The position numbers were made by a program, and so were the translations under genes. DNA of 60,691 nt, counting the filler, from Sphacelaria rigidula (taxonomy: Eukaryota), in the NCBI GenBank assembly GCA_964200075.2. It is 4 parts of 4 records of this genome, joined end to end, with 100 filler letters (N's around TTAATTAATTAA, not from the genome) between each part and the next. Parts side by side here need not be neighbours in the genome. Positions count along the whole stretch, not along the records: positions 1 to 15,103 come from CAXNAA020001904.1; 3 more parts are not named here. One strand, written 5' to 3'. A model generated the notes under the pieces. The model did no database searches and was not told the origin of the DNA. It was given only the letters and a program-made list of their open reading frames with translations. This document shows, piece after piece, positions 1-11,879 of the stretch (its first letter is position 1; every line of letters begins with the position of its first letter).

Positions 1-1819
1 CCCAGACACGTGGAATGGCGCAAAAGTTGCGTGAAAACCCCTTGGACCAGCAATCATTTTTTTTTCTCCCTTTTGGGCAATGAAGCCGAAGAAATCGTGA
101 ATTTGGTGATTTTGAGTCGTGATTATTTGTTCTAACCATGAACCATTTGAAAGGTCCCCGTTGGCGCCGTTCTAACAGGTCGCTCTCAATTGGATCTTGA
201 ACTCTCAATCTCACGAAAATATTGTTATATAGCGTACCAAACGTTTTGGGCATGATGGTTCAGTCAAGAGCCAAACGGAGAGAAGGCACGGAATTGGTGC
301 TGATGAATTGGAAACGAATCCTTACGCACACACAAGTCATATGGGTAGCCCTTCGGGATGCTGTGGCGCAGGCAGAGTCGGTGGAAGAGTTGTCTTCGTA
401 GAAGCACGTCCGGCCAGGCGGTTACATGATTGATCCAAGCACCGCGTGTGGCCGATCCGAACGTTTTTTGTTCAGTCAAATGTCAGAAGTCGACGAACGC
501 ACAACCCCTCGTGGTGGGGTTTGGCCCAGAGGGGGGGGGGGGTTGGCCCAGACGGAATGTTCATGTTTGCGTGATGGCTGTCGGTGGTCGTTGCTGCACG
601 GAGATCAAACGCTAGTAATGAGGAAATAAAAAATAAAAATGGATGACAGGGGTCACGCCTGAGGAGTGAAAAATCGGACGGACGGACGGACAGACGGGCA
701 CATTTTCATTTTCCGCAGTGAACTCGAGTGGGATACAGTAGTCAATCCAAGGGCCTGTCGAGGAAAACTTTTCGGAGACGGAGGGGTCGCCCTCCCCCTC
801 GGAGGTCAATTTCTCGAAAATTGTTGCAGGCTAGTTCACGCAAAAGATCCAAAATTCTGTCATCAGCAAATGCCTTCTGCAATACGCACCCAGTAATCGC
901 ATACATGGTATCATACTGACCGCAATGAACAGACGAAGAGGGTGACATAGCCGGATTTTTGTTCAAGACTGTAGCGGTTGCGCTATCGACAAAAATATGT
1001 CTCGACCAATCAGCGCCTTTCAAATCGTTCTGAAATTGCAAACATGAATTCCAAGCCCAATTCTCACTGGATCTCCCACACTTGATATCTTAGTGACCGT
1101 CATCACCTGAGGAATCTAACGGGATAAACAGATTTTCGAACGGATCGGATCACATACCATACTCAAACTTGACAGTTTCAAAGGTATTGATGCTCCAAAT
1201 GGTAAACAAATGTGTTCTTGGCAAGGTTTCAAAGTTTCTCCGTTCTCTACGGGCTTCCGGGGGTCCCAGTACAAAGAACTCCGAAAGGAGGTACATAATG
1301 ACTTGAAAGAAAAAAATAATAACATGATGCGTCGTGGGATAGTCCAAGGAACATATTATTTTACCGTTTGACGGGGGTCCGAATCGATCGAACGTTCCCC
1401 AAAAAAACTGCGACCCCCGAAAAACGGTGAAAAAAAGAAAAGAAGTAACGGAATCTCGATCTTGAGAAGTTTTATCATGACCCACAGAACACTTGTGCAA
1501 AATTTCAGGGTCTTATTCTTCAAAACAGCGTGAAGTTGTGCCGATGAGTGTTTTTGGGGTCTTCTCCGTGAACCAGCCTGTATGATTTTTTTGTTTTTGT
1601 TGATGTAGATTTCTCTGCTTCGCAATCGCGCTTCCAATTTTCTTTTTCCTTTTCCTTTGTTAGGCTACTTGTTATTTATCGAAAAAAATATAACACGTAA
1701 CTTGTTGAAAAGTGCTTTATTGACCCTTCTCCCTCGTTTTGCCCCCCAAAGAGGGCTTTTAGCGGATGTTGACACCTGAGATCGTTCCAGAGCACATTTG
1801 CGTTTCCCGTAGGTCATAG

Positions 1820-2030
1820 TGTAATGCGTGAGAAGACCGCGTGCTCAGAGGACCGCACCGTAGCTCGAGATACCTCAGTATCGACGTTTTCCTAAACCGA
1901 TCGGGCCAGTCCCTGCAAGTACCACGCCCCTGACCCCAACCCCAACACTAACCCTGACCCTAACCCCAACCATAGGGGTGTTCAACTTCCGACGCGGTCC
2001 TCCAAGCACACGGTCCTCTCACGTATTACA
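1820..2030. mobile_element. MITE with ~37-bp imperfect TIRs, TGT...ACA ends, 4-bp ATAG target-site duplication and an internal telomere-like tract
   Basis: Left end TGTAATGCGTGAGAAGACCGCGTGCTCAGAGGACCGC matches the reverse complement of the right end (TGTAATACGTGAGAGGACCGTGTGCTTGGAGGACCGC). ATAG flanks both sides (1816-1819, 2031-2034). CCCTAA-variant run at ~1928-1971. Confidence 0.8.
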
Positions 2031-2541
2031 ATAGTTTCGTTCTTGGCCAAAAATTAGACAGAACAGTACAGACTGCTGTACAACAGTGGCGGCCTGTACT
2101 GCCCAGATGGTGCGTGTTTCGCACAGTATGCGGGCGCGATGTGGAAAAGAGGCGGGCAACGCGACACACAGCAGATTTGACAAACAGCACAACTTTCTAA
2201 CTCTCTGCATACAGGAGGATGCGAAGCATATTTGAACCATGTGCAGTTTTTCACCGCCTCTACTGTCCATGAGCGCGTTGGCAATTCGATCGCCCACCCC
2301 GACACGCAACTCTGTCGGTGGGCCCTGCCTCAAAATTTTATGCCTAAGTTTTGGCCAACGAAAAGGAACACACCATGCCAAAACAGGGGTGGTGTCGGTT
2401 TCCTATTACTGCTGCAGTGTATATCCCTGTGCTGAGTTCGTGATCGATGCCGCAGGGTTGGGCAGGTAGCTGCGAATGAATCACTTGGGTTTTGCGTAAT
2501 TCTGTGAAAGGGTAGTATCTGGCAGGGTCGCCTGCAACATA

Positions 2542-3161
2542 CAGTAGTGGGCGGTCTAACTATTCAGGGGTGTTTTGGGTTTTTTTCATGCGTACTACTC
2601 TTCGATGGAACTCGAAATTGATAGCGTCAGGCGGTCTAACTATTCAGGGGTTTTTTCATGCGTACTACTCTTCGATGGAACTCGAAATTGCTTGCGTCGG
2701 TAGATTTTGGTACAATCAACAGATCATTCTCGAAACACAGTTCCTACGTCAGTGTCGGTTGGTGCTATTCAGCAAAACGAGTGAATTCCCCGTTTTTCGG
2801 GAGGGTGTTATTGACCGTGAAACACGGTTTTTCGGCTCTAGTGCCATGAGTAGGTAGAATTTCGAAAAAATAAAACGGCACATTTCTTCATAAATATGAG
2901 ATGTACAGGCTCGATTGACCGAAAGTATCGAGTAGGAAGAATCTGGGCTGAAACGTGGCGGGACCCCCGATGACCGGTCAGCCCGTAACTCACTCAATAT
3001 TGAGTGAATATGTTTTTTCTTCTTGGAATGTGAAGCGGAGACAAATATCTTGAGATCTCCAACGTGATAAGCGGCAGCAAGCGAAAAGAGCCCACACAAA
3101 TCGCCAATTACGAAAAAATCACAAAATGCCACAAAATGAGTAGTTGGACCGCCCACTACTG
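2542..3161. mobile_element. Tc1/mariner-type MITE (TA TSD), with an internal ~70-bp tandem duplication
   Basis: TA|CAGTAGTGGGCGGTCTAACTA ... TAGTTGGACCGCCCACTACTG|TA. Segment ~2549-2620 is repeated at ~2629-2690. A second copy lies at 32696-33213. Confidence 0.85.
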
Positions 3162-3249
3162 TAGGTACTTCTTTGCCTATAATATATAGTACAGTACACA
3201 GTACAGACTGTACAACAATAGCCGCGCCCTGTACTACTGTGTTGTGTAG

Positions 3250-4520
3250 TTCTAAAACTAAAAATCACTGCAGAACTGCCAAGTTGTCTTGCGTTGCACA
3301 GCGTCCTGACTGATACTATATGTTACAGTGAGACGAACACAACAATACAGCACATCAAGCAATTTCAGCGGAGACCAAACCGTCATCGCAAGGTCCAAAC
3401 ACACCCCAGAACAATGATGGCTACAACACATGAGAGCGGAAGTGAGTGTGTTTGTGCTGCAGTACAGTACAGTGAGACGAGACATGTCCCATGTTTTAGT
3501 TCTTCTGCTGATTTCAAAGGGGCCCTCAGTGTTTACAGGGTGCCGATCTTGAACGCTCGGACATAATTGCCCTTCGCGCAAATAATTAAATTTTCTACAA
3601 ATTATCCCCAGGTACGGGTCCTGTGCCACTTTTTCTGCACCAAGAGAGGCTGATGCATACTGTATACAGTCCATCTTCAGCTTCTAAAACTAAAAATCAC
3701 TGCAGAACTGCCAAGTTGTCTTGTGTTTCACAGCGTCCTGACTGATACTATATGCACGGGTGGCCACTGGGGTCTGTAACCTGGATATTTTGGGACCTTA
3801 TCCACCTTTGGCAAGGTCCGCGGGTTGGGTAGACAACTGAAGAGCATTCGCACAGCATGGACAGGATCGAAACAAAACATGTCCTAGTCTATAGGCGGGT
3901 GGCTCCCCTGTAGACTGGAACATGCTTTGTTTCGACCCTGTCCATGCTGTGCGAATGCTCTTCAGTTGTCCACCTAATCCGCGGACCTTACCAAATGTGG
4001 ATAAGGCCCCAAAATGGCCAGGTTACAGACCCCAGTGGCCACCCGTGTGTTACAGAGAGACAAACACAACAATACAGCACATCAAGCAATCTCAGCGGAG
4101 ACCAAACCGTCATCGAAGGGTCTAAACACACCCCGTAACTGTGATAGCTACAGCACATGAGAGCGGAAGTGAGTGTGTTTGTGCTGCAGTACAGTACAGT
4201 GAGACGAGACATGTCCCATGTTTTAGTTCTTCGGCTGATTTCAAAGGGGCCCTCAGTGTTCGCAGGGTGCCGATCTTGAGCGCTCGGATATAATTGCCCT
4301 TCGCGCAAATGACTGAATTTTCATGTTTTCACATGTCCCATGATTTAGTTCTTCGGCTGATTTCAAAGGGGCCCTCAGTGATTGCAGGGTGCCGATCTTG
4401 AGCGCTCGGTCATAATCGTCCTTTGCGCAAATGATTTAATTTTTATGTTTTTACATGTCCCATGTTGTAGTTCTTCGGCTGATTTCTAGAACAACAAACA
4501 CTGCAGAACTGCCGTGTTGT
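3250..4520. repeat. Local tandem/segmental duplication with ~122-bp subrepeats
   Basis: TTCTAAAACTAAAAATCACTGCAGAACTGCCAAG occurs at ~3250 and ~3682. Block ~3322-3590 recurs at ~4049-4320. The ACATGTCCCATG..TTCTTC(G)GCTGATTTC unit occurs at ~3482, 4209, 4332 and 4453. Confidence 0.85.
3755..4047. mobile_element. 293-bp foldback element with CACGG...CCGTG ends and 2-bp TG TSD (CACTA/CMC-like, non-autonomous)
   Basis: Two ~140-bp inverted arms separated by a short loop. Filled site TATATG|CACGGG..CCCGTG|TGTTACAG versus empty paralogous site TATATGTTACAG at ~3317-3328. Confidence 0.85.
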
Positions 4521-5844
4521 CTTGTGTTCAGTGTAGTACACTGTACTCCATATAATTGGGTCATGTTCGGAGCAGTTTTTTGGAAAGGTCTCCTTGTTTT
4601 TTTTCAAGTATTCCGACAAAAACGAGGATGTTTTCTGTCGCAGAAATCTAATGCCGAATCTGGAATAGCCTGAGACAAAAACCAATTTGAAAATTGGAAT
4701 ATGGGTCACGGCCCGACTCGTCTGCGTCGATGGGATATGGCTGTGAGAGTGTAAATCCGTGCTAGGCGGGTCCCGCTCGTAAGAGCTTTCACTCGAGCTG
4801 CTTGTCGACTGGTTCGACCAAGAATTCCCAAGAAACACTAGTCGATACATGGATCAGTATTTCCGTTTCTTCGGGTTCTCACTCTGAACCAAATTCTGGA
4901 TACTCAATCTGGCGACAATATTTGTCTCCTGCTTCGCGCTTAGGGTCAACACCAACGATTAGGAAAGACGAAGGCCCCAAACATCATTCGGTACTTTCGG
5001 GGGGGGGGCGGGAGGTTGCCATCCACTTTGGTGGGCTATCTCAATGCATTGAGTTATAATGATGTATTCTGCGGCATATGTTCATGGCGACCGTCCCCTC
5101 CCCGCCCCTACATTCAAATCGCCACAGTCTATCGCCTCTGCAAAGCTCACGGGGATGCAGGCATCGCAATAACTAAACACAAAACGCGAAGCAAAGAGAC
5201 CAAAGGACAGCCAACAGGGCACATAAATTAGATATCGAAGCACTGTACTGTCCAACTTTTGGGTGCCGACGAATCGACGACACAGGTTCGGAGCGGGGAG
5301 GGGCGCTCCTCGCTAAAGCTTTGATATGAATTCATCAACCTCCTCTCCATTCCTCACCCAACAATTGATGATGTCAGGGATTACGCCTTAATGGGTATGG
5401 GACATGAAACCGTGCAAAACAATATGTTCATATATTATCATCCTTTACCCGCGGCTTGGGGCCGTGGAGATAACGACAAAGAAAAAAAAGAACGGCGAGA
5501 AAAGAATCAATTGACGCCGTTGGGACGACTCCGCGTTGAAAGGGAGTGCAGAAAGAAAAGCAAGCACGCATAAGTGCGTGAGCGACATCTCACCAGTGAA
5601 AACAAGTGTGCACAGATAAAGAAGCCAACAAAAGATGGGGCATCACACGGGGGGCATGTACATATGGAACTACCGACATCTCAACGTGATGTGCAGGCAA
5701 CTTCTCGCAGCAGGGAGAACATAACGGAAAAGGCGCATGTACCATGGCCACCGCGTTTTGTGGACCTCATATCTCCAGACACGTTCCAGTCCGCACAGCA
5801 AAAAGTCCACGTGAGTCCGCCGTCTCTTGGTTCCTATCCCGTCG

Positions 5845-8800
5845 TCATCGCACTGGGGAAGCTTTTACAGCCACTTCTCCGTTTTCCTGTTCTTCTCGCT
5901 CGTTGGCGTCTGCTTGCATTGACGACGATCTGGTGGCAACATCAGCCCCCAAAATCTTTTCTCGGAGCTTGTCCTACGATTAGATGTATATATATGGCGG
6001 GGTCGAAAGATAGACGATGAAGTCATCAGCAGAGTGGGGGAAAATGTACGGGGCCTGAAATAATACGAGCGACCATTTGGGACTCGCCCGACAAGGAAGG
6101 AAGGTGTTACCTCTATCAGACCCGAATGGTGTGCATCAACAACTTTGAGTGCAGACACGGCAAACGCTGCTACAAAATCCTTTGCATCAACGCTTTCTGG
6201 AGACAGACTGTCAACATCGCACATTGCACAGTCAAAAAAAGTCGGGAAGTACCACAAATGTTGCTTGTAAGGCGCTTTGAAGTGAAGGTAGCATTGCTCT
6301 CCAAAATGAAAAAGAACTCACGTGCGCAGGCTTGGGTTCCGTGAAACGTAAGCTGGATTCTTCTTCGTTTTCGTAAACACGTTCTTGGCTATCACGCACG
6401 CATATCTCCACCCTTTCCAGAAATCCTCGCTTGTCATCCTGGTCAAACACGCAAGGGGAGGCAGTGCCTGTTGAAGCTCGGCACAACACACACTGTAGGC
6501 AAGTATGATCAGTTTAGGAAGAACATGTGGAGCTGTACCACCATTCGCACTACCGCTACTACGACGTCAGGAAACAAGCGGCTGCAGTTATTCGGTGAAT
6601 GCGATGGTGAAAAACCGCGACATACATCGTTGCAGAGGAACTGATATGCGTGACTTGTCACTGCCGGAAATGTGGGTTGGAGTAATACCTTCTTCGTGGC
6701 ATTCAAAGTGCGATATATGCATCCAGGTGGGCACCAGAGTTGTGGAGAATTGATTCATCCACGGGATGTAACAGAGTCTGAGCGAGCAGATAAAACGTGC
6801 AGTATCGTGTAGTGTTGTGCGGAACAGCCCGAGGATAGCGGTGTATCACCCACTTCAGTATTCGGGGCATAAACGGTTATGTTCAGGTATATCCGTGTAC
6901 GTTTGGGACGACCTCACGTGCATCGCTGTGTAGCGTACAGACAGACCTCCCCACATGTTCCCATCTGATAAGACGAGATGGCGAGATACACGTAGGCAAG
7001 CTTGCAGCGGACAGGACTTAATACTCCCTCCCTCAGCGTGTATGCTCGCCACGGTTAATTGCTGGAAGTGACGGACGACAACTGCGGAAGATTGCAGGAC
7101 AGCAGCGGCAACCAGAGCTTTCACGGGGGAAAATCTAATGGGAAATCGACTGGACGGGACGGGTTTTCCCATCCCGTCTCACCACTGTCTGACAGGCAGA
7201 CTTCCCGTCCCGTACCCACATTTTCGCACATTTTCCGTCCCGTCCTGACCCCTATATTTCCCGCCGTTCCTGGCCTGCTCTCAGGTCAAGTCTGCAGCTG
7301 TTTTTCGTTGTACTTGACCGAAAGTCCCGTCCAATCTCACGGAAGGCTGAAGAATCTAGTGGGGTATTTGGATATTTTCTACATGTGGGACATGTATTTC
7401 CGAAAAAGGTCGAAAGTAGAAATTTCGAAATTTCAGCCAGTTTCAGCGATTCCCGTGTCACTGCCTGAGCCATGCTCGACCCTTTAAACATGCACGGCGC
7501 AGCATAGCACAGCACAACACAGCACAGCACAGTGCGGTGCTGTACAATGCAGTACAGTACAGATACATTCAAACATATACACCTTGATTCCTTCAGCTTT
7601 CCGTGAGATTGGACGGGAATTCCCGTACCGTTGATGGGACGTCCCAGAAGAAGAGGACGGGACTTCTCGCCAACGGCAAAGGAAATACCCATAGAATTCC
7701 TTCCCGTCCCGTTCCGTCCCGTCACCCCCGCTTTCCGCCCCGTCGTCTTTGAGCAGCAGAGTTTGTTCAAGTTCGGTGCCGTTCTCTACATGGTCGATAT
7801 AACTTGATATGAGTGCGAACACCGAGATTCGGATCTTAGTCGGGCGGACAGTCCCGAGTGCTTCGATTGTATTTAGCGTGCGCAGAACGCCTTTGTGTTG
7901 GCGGCATCAATCAAGGTCTGCCAACGCACCCTTTGCCTGCGGCACCCCTTGCATCCTCTTGCCCGAGGGTCCAAGTGTGAAGGCACACTTTTGTTGGGAC
8001 TAGGGTTAGGGTTGCGCTATTCCAAAAATGTGTTAACCATGGATATTACGGCGCCGAACTGGGACAAACCCACTCTCCTTTAAGGGAACGTGCATGTTCA
8101 TGGGACTTATGCTATCAGACCTATACCCGCAATTGCCCCGAACATACTCAGGTATACACTAGAGGTCTCCCTATGATACGATCAGAATTACTTGTCACAA
8201 GTTCGATCCGCTAAACTAATATCAAGCGATTGCCCGAAGACATACAGTGCGGGGTCCCAGCATAGTGCGGCCATCCCGGGTCACCACACCATGGACCCCC
8301 ACTGTACCTGAATGTGATCACTTCCTTCTTTTTCGCGGAGAGCCTTGCTGGCGTTGGTGTGTGACTGCTGACAGGCGGGATGGTTCGAGGTGAAATTGTC
8401 CACTGCATATAGTGGAACTGACTGCTTCTACCGCATTGCATCACTTACGCATGAACTCTCCAAAGCTATGTCCTTGCCACCATCTTATCCTACGTTCCAT
8501 GGCTACGACGTACACGTTTGTCGCCTCCATGGGTATTCATCGATAGCCCTTTTGACTGAATTCGCAAACCAGGACTAGTCACGCGGCATTCGTCACTCAC
8601 GTTGCCCCTCACATTTACAGCCGCACCAAAGCCAGGACCCATTCAACCCCGAAAGTCAGCGTAGGCAGATGGTTGCCGTGATAAAAATACTTGAAAAACC
8701 TCTGAGAGCAAGCAGCTTATCTACTGGCTACGTTCACTTACTTGGAAGAGTCGTTGCGCCTCAGGATTCGCAGGATGGGAAAAGGAAAAATCCTTCATGT

Positions 8801-8985
8801 AGAACACCTTCTTTAGGTACGTTAGCGCTGTAACCATGTAATGCTTCCCTGGCACCCATTCGGGGAACACGGACTTCAGGTCGAGCTCTCCCGTCTTCGG
8901 GTTAACCATGGGGTTGAACACAGAGCTGGTGAAAATAACAACCGGCCAGGTGTCGACGTCGTTGTAGTCTGCTGGTAGCTCCACC
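5845..8985 (-). CDS. AKTIP: AKT-interacting protein / Ft1 / Crossbronx-like ubiquitin-conjugating enzyme variant, 5'-partial
   Basis: Phase-compatible GT-AG exons 8985-8742, 6438-6322 and 5973-5845 give VELPADYNDVDTWPVVIFTSSVFNPMVNPKTGELDLKSVFPEW...ANPEAQRLFQ|DDKRGFLERVEICVRDSQERVYEN...LRFTEPKPAH|DKLREKIL...SPVR*. This is a UBC fold with Asp (GELDL) in place of the catalytic Cys, as in AKTIP. N-terminal exons were not located. Confidence 0.8.
7122..7743. mobile_element. Degenerate non-autonomous element starting CACGG, with CCCGTC subrepeats and internal inverted repeats
   Basis: CCCGTCCAATCTCACGGAAGGCTGAAG (~7326) is inverted at ~7590-7619. Many GACGGG/CCCGTC motifs lie near both ends. It sits in an AKTIP intron. 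Confidence 0.55.
7759..8071. mobile_element. MITE-like element with imperfect ~35-bp TIRs and internal TAGGGTTAGGGTT
   Basis: GTTTGTTCAAGTTCGGTGCCGT..CATGGT matches the reverse complement of ACCATGG..ACGGCGCCGAACTGGGACAAAC. Telomeric motif at 8001-8013. No clear TSD. Confidence 0.6.
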
Positions 8986-10013
8986 CTGAACAATGTCGTG
9001 CAAAACGCATCGCGGAAAGGGTCCGAAAGCACCACCATCGAAAGGATCGCAGGAGAAAACATGCTTTGATACATAAGCGCGTGTCGCATGAACAGTCTTT
9101 GCCAGCGAGACCGAGCGGCGGAATCGTGAACTTCCGATCTGATAAGTCTACGCCATGTTCCTGGTTGCCGCGCTCTCTTCTTTTCATGAAGGAGATGCAA
9201 AATAATCATCTTCATCTTAGCTTGTTTGATCCAAGATGCGGCGCAAAAAACTGCCGCACCGATCAGATCAACCAACGGTTGTGCTGTTCCACCAATGAAA
9301 CGTGTGCTCAGCATTTCAATGCATGCCCCTGCACCTCCAGGCACTCAGGTTCCATGTCTGACACCTTGATAGGTACAGTAGCCATAGTCCACCCCAGTAC
9401 GACGCGCTTCATTTGTCGCGTCGGTGGGATATTGATATGGGCCGAGCAGCGGCCATCTGCATCAACTTTTGTTGCAATTCTTCGCGAAAAACGCCAGTAC
9501 GAAGTGACGGATTTATACAAGAACAGACAGTGTTCCGTCGGTTCTTAACTCAGTATCACAAAACTCAACATCCAATGCATCAACTGGTTAAGAACTACGG
9601 GCTGCGCTATGGGACGCTGCATCGGGCGCACTGTACCTCGTGATCGCCGTGTGAACAACTTTGAGCTAGGGGGTGCTATCTGCCGTGCTATTTGCCGTTG
9701 TGCCAACATCCACCTCATGTTCTCGTCGTGCACCTGCTAATTCGCGCGGACCCCAACCGCGCAACACAAACGAGCTTGCCCTGAATCATTTGTGTCGCAT
9801 TTCTGTTGTTGGCTGAAAAAAGATGATATGACACACTTACAGGCCGCACCTTATCGCGACAGGTGGAGTCTGCGCGCAAAAATCTGAGTGCAAACAAATC
9901 TTGTCCCCACCTCCCCCCGGAAACGCCGCATGTCCTTCAACTGTCAGCCGGTGAAATGGCTCCGAGGCGACGCTCGCCGTCAAGGGGATAAGACCGTTTA
10001 CTACACAACTTTT

Positions 10014-10386
10014 GGGGGGGGTGCGTGTATTCGACTCTCAAGACATTTGACACGGTTTTTGGCCCCCGAACGGGGAATATCGCCATCACACATGTTGGAC
10101 AACAAGAGTCTGGTCCACTTTCCCGATTCGCTTGGCTCCAAGGGTTCGAGTATCACCTCTGCACAAAATAAGGCTGGAGAAAACCTGCAAATACCGCATT
10201 TGTCTTGCCACAGTTTTGTACAGGTATCATTATCAAAACCTCGGAGCCAAGCTGATTGGAAAAGTGGGCTAGACTCCTCCCGGCGGGATGATGCAAAGTG
10301 TCCAACACGTGTGATGGTGATATTTTCTGTTCGGGGGCCAAAATACTGAATCAAACGTCCTCAATTGAAAAATCCCCCCCCCCCCC
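10014..10386. mobile_element. MITE-like element with poly-G/poly-C ends and ~85-bp imperfect TIRs
   Basis: TTTTGGCCCCCGAAC..ATATCGCCATCACACATGTTGGACA (~10056-10101) is inverted as TGTCCAACACGTGTGATGGTGATAT..GTTCGGGGGCCAAAA (~10299-10344). Confidence 0.7.
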
Positions 10387-11011
10387 TCTCAGACTGCTCC
10401 GTCTCGAAAGGGATGCGTGGCCAATGGTCAAACGAATAAGGCAAGCAACAAATGAGTACGCCTCCTCAAACGCGACCATAAGAGACGGTCTAAAGGCCAC
10501 TCATGTGTAAAATAAGTATAACTAGAAAGAGGTTTGTCAGTAACAAGTTTTCCAAGAGATCGTATGATTTTGACTCTCAGGTACGGAACTTGAGAGTATA
10601 TTTGTGCATTTTGCAAGTGTGAGTCTCGCAGTTCACGGCAGCGGAGCGTTGCACGGGGTTTGCTGTTATCACAGAGAAGAATGCAATGTGTTGGTCATAT
10701 TCCAAATTACTTGGGTTGCACCAGTCCCATCGCCACTGCCTCAATACTATCAGTCTCGTTCCCTCCGCGTGCTTAACTGAAGGAACGAGTGGCTCATGAC
10801 ATGAGGGTGGGGGCCTCTTCATAGAACAGCCGAAACGCTCACCAAGTCAACCATGTCTGTTTGGAAGTTTTACCACGGGAAATTCTAATCCAGGAACGAG
10901 GCCCGAAAATAGCGGGGTGGCCATTTTAACGCTCAGACAGCGACCCCTCTCGCAGGTGAAGGGAGATGGACTGTGCCACATTTGGGTTTCAGAACAGCTC
11001 TTTTCTCGCTA

Positions 11012-11607
11012 CGAGCTGGGCCAGCCAAGAGTACGTGTGAATCTCGCTCAGGCGTCGCACGGCGCGATATCAGGAGTTGGACGCTGAAATTTTGACAGCA
11101 GCTTTTCATGATCGAAATGCAGAAGATGATGGGTCCGGAAAATAAAAAATATATAAAAATAAGAAGTTATGGGCATTTGAAATTTCAGCAAAAACAAGAT
11201 AATGCCGTAAGTTCAGGAAAAAAAGGAGAATCTGCAGCTGGACTCGTGAAATATGACTCCCTTGGGCGCAGAAGGTCTTCCGAGAATTTCAGCTCAAGAG
11301 TCGTCGAATTGGACCGTGCGTTTAACATTTTCCGTGACGCTGCTGCACCCCTATAAATCAAGTGATGGGATACTCCAATTATGAAGGTCACGAGTTCGAA
11401 TCCAGACAGATTCTCTTTTTTTTCGTTCATCGTCAAGGTCATACGTTATGCAGTACTTTTTTTTCTTTTTCTTTTTTCACTCAGCGGCGGTGCGGTGTGT
11501 CACCAGGTCTACACTTCACAGTGATGTGCACACATCGGGTTCATTCGGGAAACTGGGGAAGCTGTGATGTGAGCAAGTTTTAGCAGCTTTTAAGCTGGCC
11601 CAGCTCG
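11012..11607. mobile_element. Tc1/mariner-type non-autonomous element, perfect 14-bp TIR CGAGCTGGGCCAGC, TA TSD
   Basis: TA|CGAGCTGGGCCAGC ... GCTGGCCCAGCTCG|TA. Related single ends occur at 36364 and 46435-46448. Confidence 0.8.
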
Positions 11608-11879
11608 TACACTAAACACCTTTTTTCATTATCATGTGGATGTTGGGTATCCATGTAAAAATTAGTCCCGGAAGAACCCTGACCGGTTGGGGCCCTGCAG
11701 TCTGGTGCATGCAGAGTCAGTATGTATGTGTGCTGTATGTCTTCGCTGTATACAACGGCAAGAAACAGTAAGCGTACCATCACTCTCCGCTGAACACAGT
11801 CTGCTGCATGCTGCATATTCCTCCGCTTAGTGCACTACAGACGGCGTAATGCTATGTTGGCAATGAGGGGTCGGGCACG

